A stretch of 40,745 nucleotides of DNA from Coleofasciculaceae cyanobacterium SM2_1_6 (GCA_012031635.1 JAAUUE010000002.1:1-40745); one strand, 5' to 3'; positions 26,002-35,764 are shown, numbered from the stretch's first letter. The notes: generated by a model from the letters alone, not told the origin. Numbers and translations: made by a program.

Positions 26002-26184
26002 AACGTCAGTTCAGGGTAAGAAATACCCCTCATCCCCAACCCCACTTCGACAAGCTCAGTGCATCGCTTCGCCCATAAGGGGCGTTAGGCATAAGACTTC
26101 CCGAAGGGTAGGGGAGTAAGACGAAATTTTCTTGTTCCCTCTCCCAGAACGGGGGAGGGTTCCAGTTTATCCCAAACTCACGTT
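26002..26184. mobile_element. MITE-like long imperfect palindrome (outer arms AACGTCAGTTCAGGGTAAGAAA / TTTATCCCAAACTCACGTT; C-rich/G-rich inner arms)
   Basis: The outer arms are approximately reverse-complementary. The inner CCCCTCATCCCCAACCCC ... GGGGAGTAAGA ... CCCTCTCCC..GGGGGAGGG blocks are shared with the element at 34797-34934. There is no coding capacity. Confidence 0.5.
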
Positions 26185-26273
26185 AATAAAATAGACTTCT
26201 TGCCTGAATCCATTTTTGGTATGATTTTCTAATAGTTTGATATACATAATTTACTATTCACGCAGGAGGTCTA

Positions 26274-27041
26274 ATGATTCTTGATCATCCAGTTGTCAAT
26301 AGAAATATATTCTTCCCCAGATCGACTACCATTGAGCCGAGTTTCTTTGTGGAAGTAGAAGATGCTAACATTGCTTGCTATCTACAGCAGCCTTTTCCTG
26401 ATGCTGGAACTATTTTATACTTTCACGGGAATGGGGAACTTGCCTCGGAATATGCAACAGATTATGCCGATTTGTTTCTAGAAAGGGGGGTTAATGTCTG
26501 CTTTGTTGAGTATCGGGGTTATGGGATGTCAACGGGTGTACCTACTTTGATCAATATGCTGGGTGATGGAGAAAAAGTTTTCCAAAAATTGGGGATTGCC
26601 CCCGAAAAGTTGGTGGTTTTTGGTCGATCGCTGGGCAGCTTGTATGCGATCGAGCTAGTTCACCGCATCCCCCAGATTGCCGGACTAGTGCTAGAAAGTG
26701 CCATTGCTAATTTACGGGAGAGTTTACCAATTATTGATGAGATCGAGGAGCTAAAGCCCTCAGAGATGGAACTTATGGCGGAGATTGATACCTATTTTAA
26801 TCTACAACAAAAACTCCAAAGCTATACTGGGCATCTGCTGGTATTACACGCCGAACACGATCGAGCCTTAAACCGTTCCCACGCCGATCGATTGCATACT
26901 TGGGCTGGCAGTCCTCACAAGAAATTGGTGATATTTCCCCAAGGCAACCACAATTCAATCTTATACGCAAATTTTCCGAGTTATTTACAAGAACTAGCCG
27001 AATTTTTGCAGCAAGTAGGAGTTCGATCGTCTATTCCATAG
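26274..27041 (+). CDS. alpha/beta-fold hydrolase
   Basis: The nucleophile elbow GRSLGS, the oxyanion-hole region HGNG and the C-terminal GNHN are present. The RBS GGAGG lies before the ATG. Confidence 0.75.
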   Translation: MILDHPVVNRNIFFPRSTTIEPSFFVEVEDANIACYLQQPFPDAGTILYFHGNGELASEYATDYADLFLERGVNVCFVEYRGYGMSTGVPTLINMLGDGEKVFQKLGIAPEKLVVFGRSLGSLYAIELVHRIPQIAGLVLESAIANLRESLPIIDEIEELKPSEMELMAEIDTYFNLQQKLQSYTGHLLVLHAEHDRALNRSHADRLHTWAGSPHKKLVIFPQGNHNSILYANFPSYLQELAEFLQQVGVRSSIP

Positions 27042-27231
27042 CTTAAGGAGCAATAAAGAAAGTTAAAGAGCTTGGGTCGCAGTTCGAGGGAATTTCTGCC
27101 CCTTCCATATATGCTAGAGTTATGATCAAGGCTAGGTATCCAAAATCTCCGCTAGAAAAATCTAATGTAGGTTTAACGTTATCTTGTCTTTCGATATATA
27201 CAGTCATTATTCTGGAATTTTTAATACCCCT

Positions 27232-30084
27232 ATGCTAAAGAAGATATTTGGCGATCCCAACGCCCGGAAGCTGAAAAAATATCAACTCTACGTCACTGAG
27301 AGCAATCTGATCGAAGAAGAGATCAAGAACCTCTCCGATGATGAGCTACGGGGGAAAACTGTTGAATTTCAGAGCAAAGTTGCCAAAGCCAAGAGCGATA
27401 AGGAACGGGAAGATATCCTTGATGAGATTTTGCCAGAAGCCTTTGCCGTAGTCCGGGAAGCCTCGGTGCGGGTGCTGGGGATGCGCCATTTTGATGTGCA
27501 ACTCCTAGGCGGGGTGGTACTGCACAAAGGGGAAATTGCTGAAATGAAAACCGGGGAAGGGAAAACCCTAGTGTCTACCTTGCCTGCCTACCTCAATGCC
27601 CTAGGCAACAGATCCGTCCATGTGGTGACAGTGAATGATTACCTAGCCCGGCGGGATGCAGAAATGATGGGGCAGGTGCATCGCTTTTTGGGCTTGACCG
27701 TGGGGCTGATCCAGCAAAACATGGGAGCAGCCGAACGGCAGCGTAATTATGAGTGTGATATTACCTACGCCACCAACAGTGAACTAGGTTTTGATTATCT
27801 CCGGGATAACATGGCAACTTCCATGGAAGATGTGGTGCAACGTCCTTTTAATTTTTGTGTGATTGATGAGGTGGATTCAGTGCTGATTGATGAAGCCCGG
27901 ACTCCGTTGATTATTTCTGGACAGGTGGAACGACCGACGGAAAAATATCTGCGAGCCGCAGAAATCGCTGCTTTGTTGGTACGATCGACCACCGAAGGGG
28001 AAGAAGACAAGGAAGAAGACGGCGACTATGAAGTCGATGAAAAGGCTCGAAATGTGCTGATGACGGATCAAGGGTTTGAGCGGGCAGAGCAGTTGCTAGG
28101 GGTGACAGACCTCTACAATCCTGAAGATCCCTGGGCGCACTACATTTTCAATGCAGTGAAGGCGAAGGAATTATTTAAGGATGAAGTGAATTATATTGTC
28201 CGCAATGGCGAAGTGATGATTGTGGATGAGTTTACGGGGCGGGTCTTGGCGGGGCGACGCTGGAGTGATGGCTTGCATCAGGCGATCGAAGCCAAGGAAG
28301 CCATGGAGAGAGCCAGCAAGATTAACCGGGGTCTGGAACCAGAAATCGAAATTCAAAACGAAACCCAAACCCTTGCCACCATTACCTACCAAAACTTTTT
28401 CTTGCTTTACCCCAAACTCTCCGGGATGACGGGGACAGCCAAAACTGAAGAGGCAGAATTTGAGCAGATCTATAAGCTCCAAGTCACCGTCGTCCCCACC
28501 AACCGCCCTTCTAAACGCTACGATCTGCCCGATGTGGTCTTCAAGACGGAACCCGGTAAATGGCAAGCGGTAGCCATGGAATGTAAGGAAATGTTTGATT
28601 TAGGCAGACCAGTCCTGGTGGGGACAACTAGTGTGGAAAAATCCGAATCCCTGTCCAAACTCCTCAGTGAATTAGAAGTTCCCCATAATATCCTCAATGC
28701 CAAACCCGAAAACGTGGAACGGGAATCCGAAATTATTGCCCAAGCCGGACGGAAAAGCACCATCACGATCGCGACTAATATGGCGGGACGAGGCACGGAT
28801 ATTATCCTTGGGGGAAATGCCGATTACATGGCAAGGCTGAAAATTCGGGAATACCTAATGCCCCGGATTGTTACTCCTGCCGTAGATGAAACCTACGTTT
28901 CTGCCAAAGCTAGGGACAAATCCAAGCCTCAAGGTTTTGCCGATGCCCCCAAACCAAAATCTTGGAAAGTTTCTTCTAGTCTATTCCCAGTGGAAATTGC
29001 CAAGGACACTGCCCAAAAGTTGAAGGAGATGGTGAGTTTTGCGGAGCAGAAGTATGGTTTTCAGGGCTTATCAGAGCTGGAGGCAGAGGATAAGTTGGCT
29101 ACGGCGGCGGAAAAAGCCCCCACGGAGGATCCTGTAATCCAAAAAATCCGGGAAGTTTATCAGTTAATTAAAGGCGAGTACCAAGCCTATACCGATCGAG
29201 AACACGATGAAGTAGTTGCCCTCGGTGGTCTCCACGTAATTTCCACCGAGCGCCATGAATCCCGCCGAATTGATAACCAACTCCGGGGGCGATCGGCCCG
29301 GCAGGGGGATCCGGGATCGACCAAATCCTTCCTGAGCTTGGAAGATAACCTCTTGCGGATCTTTGGGGGCGACAAGGTAGCGGGGTTAATGAATGCCCTG
29401 CGGGTCGAAGACGATATGCCGATCGAATCCCGGATGTTGACCCGCACCCTCGAAAATGCCCAAAAACGGGTAGAAAGTTTCTACTACGACAGCCGCAAAC
29501 AGGTATTTGAGTACGATGAGGTGATGAATAACCAACGGCGAGCCATCTATGCCGAGCGCCGCCGGGTCTTGGAGGGCAGAGACCTGAAGGAACAGGTGAT
29601 CCAGTACGCCGAGAAAACCATGGAGGATATTGTCGATAACTATGTCAACCCAGAGTTACCCGCCGAGGAATGGGAACTAGAAAAAATGGTGAATAAGGTC
29701 AAGGAATTTGTCTATCTCCTCCAAGACCTGCAACCCAGCCAAATGGAAGACATGAGTGCGACAGAAATTAAGCTCTTTCTCCAAGAGGAAGTCCGCAAAG
29801 CCTACGATATCAAGGAAGAGCAGGTAGACAGCATTCAGCCGGGTTTGATGCGTCAAGCCGAACGATTCTTTATCCTCCAACAAATTGATACTCTCTGGCG
29901 GGAACACTTGCAGGGGGTAGAGGCACTGCGGGATTCGATCGGGCTACGGGGCTATGGCCAAAAAGACCCCCTGATCGAGTACAAACAGGAGGGCTACGAA
30001 ATGTTCTTAGATATGATGATCGATATCCGCCGCAATGTGGTCTACGGGCTGTTCCAGTTCCAACCCCAACTTGCCCCTGTTTAG
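27232..30084 (+). CDS. secA: preprotein translocase ATPase SecA
   Basis: The sequence [17 protein letters not shown]...[10 protein letters not shown]...[10 protein letters not shown]... is SecA. I prefer the ATG at 27232 over the upstream TTG at 27184, because SecA normally starts MLKK. Confidence 0.95.
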   Translation: MLKKIFGDPNARKLKKYQLYVTESNLIEEEIKNLSDDELRGKTVEFQSKVAKAKSDKEREDILDEILPEAFAVVREASVRVLGMRHFDVQLLGGVVLHKGEIAEMKTGEGKTLVSTLPAYLNALGNRSVHVVTVNDYLARRDAEMMGQVHRFLGLTVGLIQQNMGAAERQRNYECDITYATNSELGFDYLRDNMATSMEDVVQRPFNFCVIDEVDSVLIDEARTPLIISGQVERPTEKYLRAAEIAALLVRSTTEGEEDKEEDGDYEVDEKARNVLMTDQGFERAEQLLGVTDLYNPEDPWAHYIFNAVKAKELFKDEVNYIVRNGEVMIVDEFTGRVLAGRRWSDGLHQAIEAKEAMERASKINRGLEPEIEIQNETQTLATITYQNFFLLYPKLSGMTGTAKTEEAEFEQIYKLQVTVVPTNRPSKRYDLPDVVFKTEPGKWQAVAMECKEMFDLGRPVLVGTTSVEKSESLSKLLSELEVPHNILNAKPENVERESEIIAQAGRKSTITIATNMAGRGTDIILGGNADYMARLKIREYLMPRIVTPAVDETYVSAKARDKSKPQGFADAPKPKSWKVSSSLFPVEIAKDTAQKLKEMVSFAEQKYGFQGLSELEAEDKLATAAEKAPTEDPVIQKIREVYQLIKGEYQAYTDREHDEVVALGGLHVISTERHESRRIDNQLRGRSARQGDPGSTKSFLSLEDNLLRIFGGDKVAGLMNALRVEDDMPIESRMLTRTLENAQKRVESFYYDSRKQVFEYDEVMNNQRRAIYAERRRVLEGRDLKEQVIQYAEKTMEDIVDNYVNPELPAEEWELEKMVNKVKEFVYLLQDLQPSQMEDMSATEIKLFLQEEVRKAYDIKEEQVDSIQPGLMRQAERFFILQQIDTLWREHLQGVEALRDSIGLRGYGQKDPLIEYKQEGYEMFLDMMIDIRRNVVYGLFQFQPQLAPV

Positions 30085-30091
30085 GAGAATA

Positions 30092-30161
30092 AGGCGGCAC
30101 CGGATTTGAACCGGGGGTGGGAATTTTGCAGACTCCTGCCTTACCACTTGGCTATGCCGCC
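30092..30161 (-). tRNA. trnC: tRNA-Cys (GCA)
   Basis: The reverse complement is GGCGGCA-TA-GCCAAGTGGTAAGGC-A-GGAGT-CTGCAAA-ATTCC-...-CCGG-TTCAAAT-CCGG-TGCCGCC-T, with a 7-bp acceptor stem and a CU-GCA-AA anticodon loop. The T stem is only 4 bp, apparently one C short at 30100-30101. Confidence 0.85.
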
Positions 30162-30294
30162 TTGAAGCCACTACTAATACAATAGCAAAGATTCCCTAGT
30201 TTAAGCTAGTTGTTTTTGAGAATCGCTGAAAAAGCAGTGTATTTTGTTGTAGATTTCCCAGAAATTAAAATCCTCAAAGCGTTGTCTAAAAAAT

Positions 30295-31521
30295 CTATTG
30301 GGGTATTTTCGGCACGGGGGCAACCTGTTGATAAAATGTGGCTTCACCATTTTTGACTTGATTGATTACCATACTCCGCCCTCGATCGACAGGATCAAGA
30401 ATCTGCCCTGTTATGCCTAAAAAAGGTGAAGATGCCAAAATTCCCCGCTCAATCGCCTCTGGACTCACTTCTCCTTGGGTTGCGATCGCTCCTAGAATCA
30501 TCTGCACAGCATCGTAGGCTAGCGCTGCATTACTCCGGGGAGCCTGTCGATAGATATTGGTGTAGTCGGCAATAAATTTTTGGTTTTCGGGAGTTGATAG
30601 TTGGGGATGCCAAGGACTGAGAAAGAAACCGCCTTCTAGGAGGGGGAGATTTGCTGAGATAATTCCCGCCCAAGAATCACCACCAATCACAGGAAAATCG
30701 ATCGCTAACTTCTGTAATGCTAAACCTTGGCTAATTAGGTCTGGCAAGGGGTTGGGCAATAGCAAGACATCGGGCTGTTGTTGGTTGAGGCTCTGGAGGC
30801 GATCGAGGAAATCTGGTCTTGTATTTTGATAGGTTTCTGTCATCACTCTGCCCCCCAAATCCTGAAAATTGCGCTGAAAAGCTGTCACCAAATTACGACT
30901 GTAGGCATGATCTGAGTTGTAGAGAATAGCTGCATTTTTAGCCTGAAGCGTTTTCACTGCAAAATCAGCAAGGGCGGCTCCTTGGAGTTCTTGATCTAGA
31001 CCAATACTAATAATATTTTTGTCTCGATCGCTAGCTTGATGAGGAGACTGAAACGTAATTACCGGATCCGTGGCACTAGTGATTAGAGGTAAGGGAAAAT
31101 CTTCGATCGCCAAGGCAGCCACCAGCAGAGAATTTAGAGAACTCTGGGGCGAAGTAATCAGGGCTTGGACTCCCTTGTTTTGGAGTTGCTCTGCTGCTTG
31201 GAGCATGGCTTCGGGTTTATTCTCGTCATCAGCAATCAATAACCGGACTGGATAGCGGCGATCGCCTACCACCACTCCCCCAGCTTGATTAGCCTGCGCC
31301 ACTGCTAACTCGGCTCCCGTTACCATTTCCCTTCCCGCCAGCACCGCAAAATCCCCAGACAAGGGCGCAATTAAACCAAGGGTAATATGAGGTGAAAACC
31401 AGAGGGCATAAATTAGCCACAAAATCAAAGCGATCGAGCCACCAAAAGCCAGTAGTTTATAGCCTTTGGGGATAGATACCCGAAAAAAAGTTTGGAGCCA
31501 CTGGAGAATTTTCTGGATCAT
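30295..31521 (-). CDS. ABC transporter substrate-binding protein (LivK / branched-chain amino acid type) with an N-terminal membrane anchor
   Basis: GLIAPLSGDFA..G.....GAELAV.QAN.AGGV......V.L...DDE.KPE...QAAE.L...GV.A.I fits a type I periplasmic binding fold. Confidence 0.8.
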   Translation of the reverse strand: MIQKILQWLQTFFRVSIPKGYKLLAFGGSIALILWLIYALWFSPHITLGLIAPLSGDFAVLAGREMVTGAELAVAQANQAGGVVVGDRRYPVRLLIADDENKPEAMLQAAEQLQNKGVQALITSPQSSLNSLLVAALAIEDFPLPLITSATDPVITFQSPHQASDRDKNIISIGLDQELQGAALADFAVKTLQAKNAAILYNSDHAYSRNLVTAFQRNFQDLGGRVMTETYQNTRPDFLDRLQSLNQQQPDVLLLPNPLPDLISQGLALQKLAIDFPVIGGDSWAGIISANLPLLEGGFFLSPWHPQLSTPENQKFIADYTNIYRQAPRSNAALAYDAVQMILGAIATQGEVSPEAIERGILASSPFLGITGQILDPVDRGRSMVINQVKNGEATFYQQVAPVPKIPQ

Positions 31522-31536
31522 TTTTGCTGTTTAATT

Positions 31537-31569
31537 TAGATATTGCCTAGATATTGCCTAGATATTCCC
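31537..31569. repeat. 11-bp tandem repeat TAGATATTGCC x3, immediately upstream of the binding-protein gene
   Basis: Read directly. The third copy is TAGATATTCCC. Confidence 0.85.
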
Positions 31570-31766
31570 AGAAGTTTCCTAGACATTTCTTAGGTATTTG
31601 GTGATGCCCCACTGAGAAATGTAACAAAAAAGTTAATAGTTAAATATTTAGAGAGTATCAATGGGTTAACCACTTGAGCTAAAATCTACTCATATAAGCA
31701 AAAATGGAATTATTCAAGGGTCTTTCCCTTTTGGATTATTTAAGTTTTATTCAGGAGATTAAGTTG

Positions 31767-32219
31767 ATGAAGATTTTAGTCCGCCTAGTGGCGATCGTGG
31801 TTCTTTTTATTAGTTATCTGGGCTGGAGCGGTAACGCTGTGGCTGCCTCTCTGTCTATGGGGGTTAATAATACGCCGATTATTTTGGGAGAAGTCGAATT
31901 TCGTAACAGTGCTGATGATAAATTAGCTACAGAATTTGGTAAAAAAATTGACCTAAATAATACCAATGTCCGGGCTTTCCGCAAATATCCCGGTATGTAT
32001 CCCAGCTTGGCAACCAAGGTTGTAGATAATGCTCCCTACGAAAAAGTAGAAGATGTCTTGAGCATTCCCGGACTCTCGGCTCGCCAAAAGGAACTCCTCC
32101 AAGCTAATCTTGACAAATTTACTGTAACTCAAGTAGATATTACCTTTACCGAAGGTGCGATCGCTACAACAATGGTATTTATTAAATCCTTGGTAAAGCC
32201 TTTGGTAGCCAGAGTTTAG
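31767..32219 (+). CDS. psbU: photosystem II 12-kDa extrinsic protein PsbU, with its 3' end apparently frameshifted
   Basis: The signal peptide MKILVRLVAIVVLF is followed by ADDKLATEFGKKIDLNNTNVRAFRKYPGMYPSLA.KVV.NAPYEKVEDVLSIPGLSARQKELLQANLDKFTVT. The canonical end GGDRYNNGIY* is readable in the +1 frame (stop at 32183-32185) if a G is added near 32157. Confidence 0.85.
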   Translation: MKILVRLVAIVVLFISYLGWSGNAVAASLSMGVNNTPIILGEVEFRNSADDKLATEFGKKIDLNNTNVRAFRKYPGMYPSLATKVVDNAPYEKVEDVLSIPGLSARQKELLQANLDKFTVTQVDITFTEGAIATTMVFIKSLVKPLVARV

Positions 32220-32346
32220 ATTCTAGCTGCCCCAAAAAAGCATGATGTCCCCGGTTCCTCGTCTGTGAATTGGGGATAAATTTTATAGAGATTTTATAGA
32301 TGCTAGACGAAGGGGTACTCGATCGTGTATGATTGATGAGTTAACT

Positions 32347-32417
32347 GCGGATGTAGTTTAGTGGTAAAACTTTAGCCTTCCAAGCTAATAATGCGGGTTC
32401 GATTCCCGCCATCCGCT
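32347..32417 (+). tRNA. trnG: tRNA-Gly (UCC)
   Basis: GCGGATG-TA-GTTTAGTGGTAAAAC-T-TTAGC-CTTCCAA-GCTAA-TAAT-GCGGG-TTCGATT-CCCGC-CATCCGC-T forms a full cloverleaf. Confidence 0.9.
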
Positions 32418-32438
32418 TAGAACATAGCAGAAATCTAC

Positions 32439-33263
32439 ATGGCAATTCAACTTGGGCTAATCGGTGGTGGCGTGATGGGGGAGGCGATCGTCTCCCAGTT
32501 AATTACTGCCCAAGCCTACAGTGCCGACCAAATTCTGATTAGCGATCCCCAGCTAGAGCGCCGGGAATTTCTCCACAAAACCTATGGTGTCCAAACTACG
32601 GTGGAAAATCTCACCGCCGCCCAAGCTCTAGAAGTTGTGATCCTCGCAGTCAAACCCCAGATATTTCCGGCTCTCGTCCAAGAGTTACGCACGGGCTTAT
32701 TGCAATATTCTCCTTCCAAATCCTATCCAGTTTTGCTCTCTATTCTTGCCGGGGTTTCCCTGAGTAAATTAACGGCAGCTTTTCCCCACCATCCCATTGT
32801 CCGGGTGATGCCCAATACTCCCGCTACCGTCGGTGCTGCCATGACCGCCCTTGCCCCCAATCACAACGTTTCCCCCCAACATCTGGTTTTAGCTAAGACT
32901 ATTTTCCAAGCGATAGGGGAAGTGGTGGAATTGCCGGAAAGTCTCATGGATGCGGTGACGGGGCTGTCGGGTTCAGGACCTGCCTATGTGGCGTTGATGG
33001 TAGAAGCTCTCAGTGATGGGGGTGTGGCTGCGGGGTTGCCTAGGGCGATCGCTTCCCAGCTAGCTCTGCAAACTGTCCTCGGCACAGCAACTTTGTTACA
33101 AGAAACAAAAATCCACCCTGCGGAACTCAAAGACCGGGTGACAAGTCCGGGGGGAACCACCATTGCGGGGGTTACGGAGCTAGAACGGGGCGGATTTCGG
33201 GCAGCGGTGATCAATGCGGTGTTGGCTGCCTACAGGCGATCGCAGGAATTAGGAAAGTCTTAG
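32439..33263 (+). CDS. proC: pyrroline-5-carboxylate reductase
   Basis: LGLIGGGVMGEAI...AVKPQ...VMPNTPA.VG....A........GSGPAYVALMVEALSDGGV..GLPR..A......SPGGTTIAG. Confidence 0.9.
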   Translation: MAIQLGLIGGGVMGEAIVSQLITAQAYSADQILISDPQLERREFLHKTYGVQTTVENLTAAQALEVVILAVKPQIFPALVQELRTGLLQYSPSKSYPVLLSILAGVSLSKLTAAFPHHPIVRVMPNTPATVGAAMTALAPNHNVSPQHLVLAKTIFQAIGEVVELPESLMDAVTGLSGSGPAYVALMVEALSDGGVAAGLPRAIASQLALQTVLGTATLLQETKIHPAELKDRVTSPGGTTIAGVTELERGGFRAAVINAVLAAYRRSQELGKS

Positions 33264-33351
33264 AAAAAATCGGCGTTCCTGAATTCAGGTATGCAAACTA
33301 ACAAATTCCAGATTCTCCAGAGTACTTTTGAGAGTTGGCTCCAGCGAAGGG

Positions 33352-33567
33352 TTAGGCTTCTGCCTTTGGGCGATTTGCATGAGCAAGTACATCATTGACT
33401 GCATCACTTGTTGGAAATGCCTGAGCAACATTAGGATCGAGTAACACTACATTTATTCCTGTTCTGTAACGTTCGATGTATTCTCCTCTAATGCCACCTT
33501 CCATCTTGTCAAAGTCATACTCAGTTCGTACATCATCATCTAGCTCGTGATTACTCTCCATCTTCAT
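33352..33567 (-). CDS. BrnA-like / CopG-like antitoxin
   Basis: MKMESNHELDDDVRTEYDFDKMEGGIRGEY...INVVLLDPNVAQAFPTSDAVNDVL fits the EYDF...LDPDV..F..S..VN..L pattern of antitoxins paired with BrnT. Its start overlaps a BrnT-like remnant. The ORF-track start at 33618 is probably too far upstream. Confidence 0.55.
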   Translation of the reverse strand: MKMESNHELDDDVRTEYDFDKMEGGIRGEYIERYRTGINVVLLDPNVAQAFPTSDAVNDVLAHANRPKAEA

Positions 33568-33658
33568 AAAACCTCCGCTCATTTCGAGTTGCTTCTCGTG
33601 CGCTAATGATCCAAACATGAGAACAACAGTTACAAAAGCGTAGATCTAAAATTATCAT
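33551..33658 (-). pseudogene. BrnT (DUF497)-like toxin remnant, C-terminal 35 codons only
   Basis: The minus-strand translation ...SHVWIISAREATRNERRFYEDGE* resembles the BrnT C-terminus (IRIISARKAT..ER..YE). The upstream part is missing, and the TPR gene ends at 33673. Confidence 0.45.
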
Positions 33659-33672
33659 GACAATGAGTTTAT

Positions 33673-34533
33673 TCACTCAAATTCCCCTATTTCTCTGGTT
33701 TCTATTGATTGAATAGTATTTGTCACAATTTCAGCCATTTTGTTGTCATGATGTTGACGACAGAGACGTAATGCATAGTTTAAGTGTTTCATCGCAGACG
33801 GGGAATGACCTTGATAATGATGTGCTAATCCAGCATGATAAAAACCATGTTGATCACCGGAATAAATAGGATAATCAGGCTCTAATTCTCGTGCTTGGTC
33901 AAAATCAATGATTGCTTCCTCAAGAAGATTAAGCTGAATGTATGTATTGGAACGTCCATAATAGTTTGAAGTATGATTTGGGTCGATTTCTATAGCTTGG
34001 GTAAAGTCTGCAAGAGCCTCCTGAAATCCTCCCAAGTTATAATGCATGACAGCTCGGTCATAATATCCATCAGCACTTTCAGGGTTCAAACGAATGAAGT
34101 TGGAGAAGTCATCCAGCGCAGCTTCTTGTTTCCCCTGGTATGTGAAAGCAAATCCGCGATAGAGATAAGCATTGGCATGATCCAATTGCATTCTAATAGA
34201 CTGCGAAAAATCCTCTATTGCCTCTGCAAATCGATGCTCTACAAGATGTAGTTGACCTCGCAAATAATAGGCATTTGCATTCCGAGGATTTGTGAATACC
34301 GCCAAGTCTAGATTAGTGAGTGCTTTCTGTAAGTTGCCATCTTGATAGTACTGACAGGCAAGGTAATAGTAAATATTCGATCGTGTATAATATAGGGATG
34401 CAACTACTACCAAACAGGCTATCCCAAGTACGGCTACGACAGCGTAGCCTGTCATTGCGTATACATAAAAAATACTGACTGAGAATATAAAACAAGTGCC
34501 AATAATTGTCCAAGAAGTTAGCCTCGGATTCAT
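33673..34533 (-). CDS. TPR-repeat protein with N-terminal TM helices
   Basis: Repeated A..Y..RG......A..DF..AI...P motifs are present, and two hydrophobic helices lie near the N-terminus. The start is either the ATG at 34533 or the TTG at 34569. Confidence 0.8.
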   Translation of the reverse strand: MNPRLTSWTIIGTCFIFSVSIFYVYAMTGYAVVAVLGIACLVVVASLYYTRSNIYYYLACQYYQDGNLQKALTNLDLAVFTNPRNANAYYLRGQLHLVEHRFAEAIEDFSQSIRMQLDHANAYLYRGFAFTYQGKQEAALDDFSNFIRLNPESADGYYDRAVMHYNLGGFQEALADFTQAIEIDPNHTSNYYGRSNTYIQLNLLEEAIIDFDQARELEPDYPIYSGDQHGFYHAGLAHHYQGHSPSAMKHLNYALRLCRQHHDNKMAEIVTNTIQSIETREIGEFE

Positions 34534-34796
34534 AAACCTTCCAGATTGCCCCTCAAAGTTATATTTCAAATACTGCTTAGGTTATACACTAGGAAGCAAC
34601 TTAAAGTCAACGGATAAATTTTCTTGGCAAATCGCAAGAATAAGCCCATCCACATAATATACGAAATATACAGAAAAATTCTATCTAAATATTCTGTTTT
34701 GAGGGAGTTATACGGAAAAATCCCCCCTAGTCTTCTAGTTTAATGTGGTTAGACCGATAAGACTTGGATGTTGCTGACAAGAAGAGTGCATTTGCA

Positions 34797-34934
34797 TAGA
34801 CCTCTTGCGTGAATAAGGAAAAAGCCCCGCATCCCCCAGCCCCTCCTCCCTAGGAAGAAGGGGAGTAAGAGGAAAGTCCCTCTCCCTAGGGAGAGGGATT
34901 TAGGGTGAGGGTCATGATTCACGTAAGAGGTCTA
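34797..34934. mobile_element. 138-bp MITE-like element with 18-bp terminal inverted repeats
   Basis: TAGACCTCTTGCGTGAAT (34797-34814) pairs with ATTCACGTAAGAGGTCTA (34917-34934) at 17/18. The interior CCCCAGCCCCTCCTCCC...GGGGAGTAAGAGGAAAGTCCCTCTCCCTAGGGAGAGGG is related to the element at 26002-26184. Confidence 0.6.
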
Positions 34935-35235
34935 TTATTTCATTCCATTTTTGTTTATGTTCAATGATTTAGGATCGCTATAGAAGTAGATGATTGATAT
35001 TTGGTGACAAAGGTAGCCATCGACAGCATCCGGTCAAGCAAGGCAAGGTGACGGCATCAGGCAAGATGAGTGATGATGTCAGAAAAAAATTTAGCAAGTA
35101 TTCTTAGACAGGCGGGGATTGAAATCATGGATAAGTATCTGATTGTTTTAGAAAAAAGGGAAACTGGTTTTTCGATAATCATTGCAGAGCTGTTAAGACA
35201 GTTAGCATAGAAATTTGAGACTAGAGACTAGAAAT

Positions 35236-35667
35236 ATGGAAGAGTTGTTAGAACTACGGACGCTATTAATGGGGGGGAATATCTCCGAGGCTTTGCTGTT
35301 GGTGGAGGAGATGACCGAGATGAGCAAAGATGACAAAATCAATAAGATATCTAGCTTTAGTATTATTTTGCTAATGCATTTAATTAAACAGCAAGCTGAG
35401 AAACACTCAACCCGATCGTGGGATGTGACTATTCGGAATGCTGCTCGCCAAATTCAACGATCGAATAAACGCCGGAAGGCAGGGGGCTATTATCTTTCAT
35501 CGGCAGAATTATTAGAAACCTTAACCGATGCTTATGAATCTGCCTTGGATGCTGCTGCCCTAGAAGCCTTTGGGGGGCACTATGAATCGGCGGAGTTGGG
35601 GGCTATGGTCGATCAAGAGGGCATAATTCAAGAGGCGATCGCCTTAATTCTGGAAATTGAAAATTAG
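35236..35667 (+). CDS. distant DUF29-like protein
   Basis: The central HLIKQQAEKHSTRSWDVTIRNAARQIQR parallels HLLKWQYQPEKRSKSWRVTIKEQRREIR of the DUF29 array. The size is similar (~144 aa from the ATG at 35236). Confidence 0.45.
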   Translation: MEELLELRTLLMGGNISEALLLVEEMTEMSKDDKINKISSFSIILLMHLIKQQAEKHSTRSWDVTIRNAARQIQRSNKRRKAGGYYLSSAELLETLTDAYESALDAAALEAFGGHYESAELGAMVDQEGIIQEAIALILEIEN

Positions 35668-35764
35668 TGAGAAACTATCATGTCGGCTATCCATCATCTT
35701 TTAGAAGAATTTAGACAAGAGGCAGCAACAACTAAATAACTCGACACAAAACTGAACCTGATTA

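Noticed and set aside
26083-26089. GTTAGGC (a perfect attC R' core) inside the 26-kb MITE-like element, and GTTAGAT at 2637-2643 upstream of the UPF0175 gene.
   Set aside because: No partner RYYYAAC box or palindromic context is present. A 7-mer is expected by chance in 40 kb.
35067-35210. Possible hicAB remnant (…EKNLASILRQAGIEI / MDKYLIVLEKRETGFS…).
   Set aside because: Only about 15 residues resemble each partner, which is too short to support a call without a database search.
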